A stretch of DNA of 63,984 bases, filler included, from Dirinaria sp. TL-2023a (lineage: Eukaryota): the NCBI GenBank assembly GCA_051941275.1. It is 3 parts of 3 records of this genome, joined end to end, with 100 filler letters (N's around TTAATTAATTAA, not from the genome) between each part and the next. Parts side by side here need not be neighbours in the genome. Positions count along the whole stretch, not along the records: positions 45,676 to 63,984 come from JAVEBF010000389.1; 2 more parts are not named here. One strand, given 5' to 3'. The translations under genes were made by a program, and so were the position numbers. The notes under the pieces were generated by a model. It saw only the letters and a list, made by a program, of their open reading frames with translations, ran no database searches and had not been told where the DNA came from. Below are positions 56,329 to 63,984 of this stretch, in pieces (the stretch's first letter is position 1; every line of letters starts with the position of its first letter).

Positions 56329-57175
56329 ACGTCTGAAGTCAGATCTCGGTCGATACCACCTATCGCCCAAACCCACCTAATGGTGGGAGCGAGGTGGAAC
56401 GGCGGCCCTAAAAGTCAGCTTACGGGGAACGACCGCTGAGACTGCCGCGGGAACACACGATCTCTTGAAGAATTGCAGTGAACAAGGAACGTGTATAGAT
56501 GGAAAAACAGGGATGATCGGAAGTTTCTGATAGCTTTATGGAGCCGGACCTAGAAGTTCTGGGGTTGTCTTGGGGGAAGAATCTAGTATTGGATTGCCGG
56601 CCAGTACAGTAGCCTTTCAAAACAATATTCCTTATGCGATGTAGGGAATAGATCTGGTTTTCTGTTCGCACATCTACTCAGCTGCAAAGTCTTAAGTAAA
56701 GCCCTTCCTGGTCTTTTCCAGAAGGATTGTAATTGATTAAGCAAGTTCAGCTCATTTCTTTTGTCTCTCTTATTGCTCAGCCTTCAAGCTCATTACCTCC
56801 ATAATTTGTGAGGCAACGTGTTCTCGTTATTTTTATGACCAAGCTACGTAAAAGACTTAGCATTCGTAGTTTTTGTGCAGGATGAGTTAGGTCTCATTCC
56901 GGATTTGGAGGATCAAATCTTTCAAACACTGTTGATGGCAAGGGGACTTTAGTGAGGACGAAGCCAGTCTCTACTACGCAGCTACACAGTCAGGATAGAT
57001 AGGAAGTGGATATTAGTGCCTCTAGGGTTATGTGCTAGGGTATGCTTCGGAGAACTTAGCGCCAGAAGCGCGCGGCAAAAATCCTGTTACGCCACACCAG
57101 TTGAGCCACTATCCAAATCAGTGCTCTGACTCCGTAGGTAGAAGCAACAGGTGCTCTACGAGCACTCAGCGAACC

Positions 57176-60100
57176 ATGGACGATCTCGCATCTCTCGAGC
57201 TTCTTTCCTTAGTATCAAAAGTAACCTCAGAGCTCCAAAACCACCTGGGGATCAGCGACAAAACCCTCGCAGAATTCGTCATCGCGCAGCATTCAAAATG
57301 CCAGTCACTCACAGATTTCAAATCGCAGATGGAGGGGATGGGGGCAGAATTTCCCCAGAGCTTGGTCGAGAGTATCGATCGGCTGATCCTCACTATGCAT
57401 CCGAAGCATAAGGGCAAGTCAAATGGTGCTCGGATTGCCGAAAATGCCCATGATGACGACGGACTCGATGACGTTGCTAAAAAGACAAGGATCTTTAAAG
57501 GTTTAGCTGTGCCGGACAAAGAACTACAGTGGGGTGATGAAGAGGCAGAGACACCTAATGGCAAAGGAGATGGCTACGACGACACTTTCGCAATGCTGGA
57601 AAGCTTAGCTGGCAAACCCAGAGGTTCTCAAATACAGAATGGGAGAAAGAGGAGTCGGAGTCCAACAGACGAAGGGAGGGGCAGGAAAAGGAAGGAAGTG
57701 CGCAGGTCAAGGTCGAGATCTCGCAGTTGGGAGAGGTACAATCATCGAAGGCGCCGCAGCGATTCGTACAGCAACGAGCACAGAAAATCTACAAATGGCT
57801 ATGATGATAGAGATCGAAGCTACCGTAATGGTCACAGAAGCAACAAGAGGAAGTATTACGACGACGACGATGAAGACAACTTTCGAAAGCCACCAGTTCC
57901 TGAAATGGACGACGAACCTAAGCTATACAAGGTCTATGGTGGAATGGTTACCGGCGTCAAAGACTTCGGAGCTTTTGTGAACTTGCAAGGTGTCAAGGGC
58001 AAAGTAGATGGGCTGGTACACGTTTCCGCAATGCAAGAAGGGGCTCGAGTCAACCATCCATCTGATCTCGTATCACGCAATCAGCCGGTCAAGGTCAAAG
58101 TGATAAGCATACAAGGCACTCGGATAGGCCTTTCCATGAAGGAGGTCGATCAATCCACAGGTCGTGACCTTATGCCACAAAAGCGTCTGGCGTCGGGAGC
58201 GAACATGGAGCGACTGGACGGCATGGGTCCGGAGGAAAGCATTAATGGCCGCTACGGAGGCCTTGGCGCAGACGTACCCGTGATTGAGGGAGACATGAAC
58301 GGCAAGTCGATGCGTAACAAGAAGCGTTTAACGTCTCCGGAAAGATGGGAGATCAAGCAACTTATCGCCTCTGGTGCCATATCTGCGTTGGAATATCCGG
58401 ACATCGATGAGGAGTACAATGCGACATTGGCTGGAGAAGGCGAATTTGAAGAAGAGGAAGATGTCGACATTGAGGTCAAGGAAGAAGAGCCTCCTTTCCT
58501 CGCTGGACAAACGAAGCAGTCTTTGGAGCTGTCGCCTATACGGGTCGTCAAAGCCCCAGATGGGTCTCTGAACAGAGCTGCAATGGCAGGCACATCACTA
58601 GCAAAAGAACGTCGAGATTTGCGACAACAGGAAGCGCAGGACAAGGCTGCCGAGCAAGCTTCGCAAGTCGACCTGAATGCGCAATGGCAAGATCCGATGG
58701 TAGGCCCCGACCAGCGAAAATTTGCTAGCGAGTTGCGGAACCCGCAAGGTAACAAGGCCCCGGAGACTGTACCGGAGTGGAAGCGAGTAGTTCAAAGCAA
58801 AGACCAGTCCTTCGGAAAGCGAACATCAATGTCTATTAAACAGCAGAGAGAGACCCTGCCAGTGTTCAAATTTCGCAAGCAGCTGCTCGACGCGGTCGCC
58901 GAGAATCAGCTGTTGATCGTTGTTGGAGATACGGGATCCGGAAAGACCACTCAGCTGACCCAGTTCCTAGCTGAGGGAGGGTATGCGAATGATGGTATCA
59001 TTGGATGTACCCAGCCTCGCCGTGTCGCTGCTATGTCGGTCGCTAAGCGTGTCGCTGAAGAAGTTGGATGCAAGCTTGGACAGGAAGTTGGATATACTAT
59101 CCGGTTTGAAGACTGTACGAGTCCAGAAACGAAGATCAAATACATGACGGACGGTATGCTCGAGAGAGAAGTGCTACTGGATCCAAACCTTCGGAAATAC
59201 TCCGTCATAATGCTTGACGAGGCTCACGAACGAACAATAGCGACGGATGTACTCTTCGGGCTACTAAAGAAAACATTGAAAAGGCGGCCCGATCTCAAGC
59301 TCATTGTTACTTCGGCCACGCTGGATGCTGACAAGTTCTCCGAGTATTTCAACAAGTGCCCCATATTTACCATACCAGGTCGCACGTACCCCGTCGAAAT
59401 CATGTACTCTCGGGAGCCAGAGTCTGACTATCTGGACGCCGCTCTGGTTACAGTCATGCAAATCCACCTTAGTGAGCCCGCAGGCGACATCCTGCTCTTC
59501 TTGACAGGCCAGGAAGAGATCGATACTAGCTGCGAGATTCTCTACGAGCGCATGAAAGCCCTAGGTCCCAGCGTTCCCGAACTGATCATTCTCCCCGTCT
59601 ATTCTGCGCTCCCAAGCGAAATGCAATCACGGATTTTTGAACCTGCGCCTCCAGGAAGCCGCAAAGTTGTCATTGCCACGAACATCGCAGAGACTTCCAT
59701 CACAATCGATCAAATTTACTATGTGATCGATCCTGGTTTCGTAAAGCAAAATGCCTACGATCCGAAGCTAGGCATGGACTCTCTGGTCGTGACACCTATT
59801 TCGCAAGCGCAGGCCAAACAACGGGCTGGTCGTGCAGGACGAACAGGACCCGGGAAGTGCTTCCGCTTGTATACGGAAGCGGCGTTTCAATCGGAGATGC
59901 TGCCGACTTCAATACCGGAGATACAACGGCAGAATCTAAGCCACACCATTCTGATGCTTAAAGCAATGGGCATTAACGATCTTCTACATTTCGACTTCAT
60001 GGACCCACCTCCTACCAACACCATGCTCACGGCATTGGAAGAACTGTACGCGCTCTCGGCTCTAGATGACGAAGGCCTTCTCACACGCCTGGGCCGGAAA

Positions 60101-60916
60101 ATGGCCGACTTCCCCATGGAGCCTGCACTAGCCAAGGTCCTCATCTACAGCGTGGACATGGGTTGCTCGGACGAAATTCTCAGTATAGTGGCCATGTTGA
60201 GCGTGCAAACGGTCTTCTACCGGCCCAAAGAGAAACAGCAGCAAGCAGATCAAAAGAAGTCCAAATTTCACGACCCCCACGGCGATCATCTTACACTACT
60301 AAACGTGTACAATGGGTGGAAAAGCTCGCGGTTCAGCAACCCGTGGTGTTTCGAGAACTTCATCCAAGCGCGGTCGATGCGGCGTGCGCAAGATGTGCGG
60401 CAACAGCTGGTCTCCATTATGGAGAGATACAAACACCAGATCGTCTCGTGCGGCCGAAACACGATGAAAGTACGGCAAGCGCTCTGCAGCGGATTTTTCC
60501 GGAACAGCGCGCGCAAAGATCCACAAGAGGGTTATAAGACGCTGATCGAGGGGACGCCGGTATACATGCATCCCAGCAGCGCGCTGTTCGGGAAGCCGGC
60601 GGAGCATGTGATTTTCCACACGTTGGTGCTGACGACGAAGGAATACATGCATTGCACCACTGGCATTGAACCGAAGGTATGTCACTCAAAAGCTCTGATC
60701 TCCAATGCTGTGGTTTGAGCACGAGCTAACGTGTAGTAGTGGCTCGTGGAAGCAGCGCCTACGTTCTTCAAGGTCGCGGCTACGGATCGGCTGAGTAAGA
60801 GGAAGAAGGCGGAGAGGATCCAGCCGCTGCACAACCGCTTCGCCGGGGAAGATGACTGGCGCTTGTCGGCGCAGAAGAGGCAAGGGCGCGGTGGTGGAGG
60901 TGGGACTTGGGGATGA
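57176..60916 (+). CDS. PRP22: Pre-mRNA-splicing DEAH helicase Prp22/DHX8
   Basis: N-terminal [12 protein letters not shown] region, S1 domain (DFGAFV...GLVHVS), [29 protein letters not shown] and QRAGRAGR. One intron at about 60677-60738; final exon ...[22 protein letters not shown]. Confidence 0.97.
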
Positions 60917-61110
60917 TCAAGTTGCATGATCGAGGAGGGTATTTTTTGTGTTTGGCATAGCATCTGCATGAAGCATGATCCGGGGGAGCCGGTGAATCAC
61001 AGTCATGATTTGCATATTAATGATCTTGCTTTTGCGTTCGCTGAGAACCAATCTGCACCATTCTGCATCAATCTGAGGGATTGCCTTCGGAGTTATGACT
61101 TCCCGCGTTT

Positions 61111-61141
61111 GAGGTCGGGATGGAGGTCGGGATGGAGGTCG
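61111..61141 (+). repeat. 12-bp tandem repeat (GAGGTCGGGATG) x2.5
   Basis: gaggtcgggatg gaggtcgggatg gaggtcg is seen directly. Confidence 0.8.
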
Positions 61142-61291
61142 AAATCAGTACAGGTGCAAGAACGGGTGTATATTCTTCTACAGTACGAATAAGATACGAG
61201 GATACCTTTCTTAGGGTTCAGGGTCTCTGGGTTCCCTTGGCTCTTTCGACTTAATCTGATAAGATCGTTCGGTATTCCCGAGAACGCACAT

Positions 61292-61479
61292 GTAAGAGAA
61301 CCGAGCATGGGTCATGCATAGAGGGAAGATTTTTCTTTGTGACCAAGTCCCAGAACCCTAGGAAAATTCAGGGTTAGACGGCAGATCTACCTTAAGGTAA
61401 ACCATCTGTGTGTGCGGGACTTAGAAATTTTTGTTTACTTTTCTCCCCTCTATGCATGACCCATGCTCGATTCTCTTAC
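61292..61479. repeat. 34-bp inverted repeat (1 mismatch) enclosing ~120 bp; MITE-like or hairpin element
   Basis: 61292-61325 GTAAGAGAACCGAGCATGGGTCATGCATAGAGGG pairs with 61446-61479 CCCTCTATGCATGACCCATGCTCGATTCTCTTAC. Confidence 0.85.
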
Positions 61480-61966
61480 CTTAATCATCCACGGATTTTG
61501 GCTCTTGTATGAGGATGCCCGAAGATTGCACCGCAGATAAGGTCACCCTTCCTCATCTGGAGAATGGTTTGACTCGTTTTGAATGGCGGCCAAGCTTACT
61601 GGATATCAAAGCGGGGAGTTTATTTGCGTATTCCGGCGCGATCAACGGTCGCTCAAGCGTCTAGGACTCTAGTGTGCCGCACTCTGCGCCTCTCGTTGAC
61701 CGTAGCCCCGACTAATTGGCTCCTCCTCCATCTTGGCATCAAAAGTTCGTCGGCCATGATTGCTTGACCTCGTCTTATTCCCAGTATGAACCCCTACTTC
61801 ACGAGGACACGGTCCGGGACAATGCGGAAGCCAGAGCGGAGCGTTATGGATATCCTCACCATAAGACCCTCTCCCAACAGACTTTTGCTTCCTGCAGTCT
61901 GCAGCTCGCCGCCCTCACCGCAAGAAAAACCATCCGCGCGGTCCCAAGGAGGAGAAGCACAGACAC

Positions 61967-63762
61967 ATGGACGGGTCGTTGGGACTCCCGGAACGCTCGT
62001 GGGAGCGCCCGTGGGAACGATGGACTCCGCGAGGGAACCTGCACTATTCCAGCAGCGCTTCCAAGCAGTCCGATCTCACCCTCGAGGTGTCCATGCGAGA
62101 TATCATTCTGAACTCGAAAGATTCCATGTCTTCCCAGCCACGATCCAGCCTTGAGTCGACGGACACTCGTATGAGGGAAGAGAGTCCTGGGTCGAGCGAT
62201 GCTGAAGCGGGAGGGAGTCCGAAGGGCAAACCTGGAGGACCGCCTCCTCCTGTTGGATTCTGGCACAATGGCTTGAAGAATACGAGGATCGAAGTGCTCA
62301 AGGCGTGGCTGAAAACAAGTACGGCGTTGCGAGAGCATACGGTGTTTGCGATTGCTGACTTTTCGATAGCTTTGATTCTATCAGTCTTCATCCTGGGAGT
62401 TTTGTCAATGTACTGGGCAGTCCTGTACCACGTTAACAAAAATGTCGCCTCCTTGACGGTATTTGTTGTCGACTTCGATGGCATGGCACCGTACACAGAC
62501 GTTTCGCCTCAGATAGGGCCTTTGGTCGTCCAAACCACCGAGTCGAGGCTAGCAGCGCCAAAACCGCATCTGGGGTATGAAACCGTGCCAGCGTCGCATT
62601 TTGAAAACGATCCGGTGAACGTTCGGCGAGAAGTCTTCGACCAGAAAGCCTGGGCCGCCATTGTGATTAATGCCAACGCAACAGCCTTACTGCAACGAGC
62701 GGTAGAAACAGGCAACACCTCCTATGACCCTCTGGGCGCATGCCAGATTTACTGGGTCGAGGCTCGCGACCAGGATACGATCCATGCCCATGTTGCCCCT
62801 GAAATTCAGTCGCTTGCTGCATCCATTACCTCGAACTTTGGTGCGCAGTGGACGCGGCAAGTATTGGAGAACACCAGCATTCCTATCACGAATCTCGAAG
62901 CCGCACCGCAAGCGCTCTCGCCAGCAATTGGTTTCTCGATATTCAATTTACGACCATTTGACCCACCTGTTACGCTGCCCGCCGTATCTATTGGCCTAAT
63001 TTACCTGATCATCATTTCCTTTTTCTCTTTCGCTTTTTACATGCCGACTCACATGAAATTCCTGATACCCGCCGGCCATCCTCCGCTCCAATTCAACCAA
63101 TTCATCATCTACCGCTGGTTCGCCACCATGGCCGCTTACCTCTTCATGTCGCTATCTTATAGCATCATCTCATTGGCATTCCAGATCCCCTTCAATAGAC
63201 CTACGGCGCCAGGGACCGAAGTAGCGCACAACCCCGACTCCTACGGGGCGGCTACATTCGTGGTGTACTGGATGATCAACTGGATTGGCATGGTAGCGCT
63301 GGGCTTGGCGTGCGAGAACGTGGCCATGATCATCGGCCAGCCGTGGACGGCCATGTGGTTGATTTTCTGGGTCATCAGCAACGTCAGCACCAGCTTCTAC
63401 GCATTGGACTTGACGCCGAAATTTTACTACTGGGGTTATGCGTGGCCGTTGCATCAGAGTGAGTATCCTTCACGCCTGAAGCGCATCATTCTTCTTCTTC
63501 TTCTTCTTCTTCATGGAAATGAAGGGCAATCAATCTGACTGACCTGTTCATCATAGTCGTCGAAGCTTCTCGCTCGACCTTATTCGACCTGCATTCAAGA
63601 ATCGGCCTGAATTTCGGGGTCCTCTTCGCTTGGGCGGCGGTCAATAGTCTGTTCTTCCCCTTCTGTTGCTATTTCATGCGATGGAAGACGCAGAGGCAGA
63701 AACGGAAGGAAATGGAAGCGAAGAAAGGAGCGCCGGTAGGGAAGCCTCAGGAAAAGAAGTAA
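61967..63762 (+). CDS. SNG1-like (DUF3533) nitrosoguanidine-resistance membrane protein
   Basis: FILGVLSMYWAVL, VFVVDFDG, AWAAIVINANAT, FNLRPFDPPV, IGLIYLIIISFF and FYYWGYAWPLH|IVEASR...IGLNFGVLFAW; last exon ends at TAA 63762. The start codon is uncertain. Confidence 0.88.
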
Positions 63763-63984
63763 CAATCGCATAGTTTTTTTTGCATGGGTGTGCATTTAGA
63801 TAGTTATGGTGAAGCATACTACTATAATTTGAATCAGAAGAGCGTTTATTTTTTTTGTTTGTTAAATTTTGCGAAAAGTGATTCCGGTTTTGATAATATG
63901 TGCATTTTCACGACCGGTACTTTAGTCAAATCGCTACAGAAAATGCGTCCTCTCCGAAAACACTTGTCCTACACCCAATAACAG

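Noticed and set aside
57032..57175. Extended N-termini given by the ORF track (e.g. PRP22 from 57032, PKC1 from 52544)
   Set aside because: They begin at non-ATG codons; conserved sequence starts at the downstream ATGs (57176, 52604).

Overview
Intron-rich filamentous ascomycete (Pezizomycotina) nuclear DNA. It comprises three contigs joined by two artificial 100-nt spacers (N44-TTAATTAATTAA-N44 at 22740-22839 and 45576-45675). Most genes are housekeeping or ordinary: a DHX30/36-like helicase, ERG10-type thiolase, RAD6/UBC2, BOR1-like anion transporter, TFIIIC subunit, MFS transporter, GH35 beta-galactosidase, hemerythrin-domain protein, PKC1, PRP22, an SNG1-like protein, and two intron-containing tRNAs (Ala-CGC, His-GTG). 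The most interesting part is an accessory-looking block at about 7-21.5 kb, between tRNA-Ala and the first contig end. It encodes a CorA-like 2-TM protein, a helical plus beta-propeller protein and a divergent amino-acid permease. Head-to-head with the permease lies a large fusion of a Cys/His Zn domain, a GBP/atlastin-like P-loop GTPase, a RING-like finger and a patatin phospholipase. This is a candidate fungal immunity or cell-death module (inference). Other oddities are an F-box-like gene interrupted by one in-frame TGA, a 34-bp inverted repeat or hairpin element, and a PTS2-like motif inside a mitochondrial-type thiolase presequence. All domain calls are from motif recognition by eye; no searches were run.
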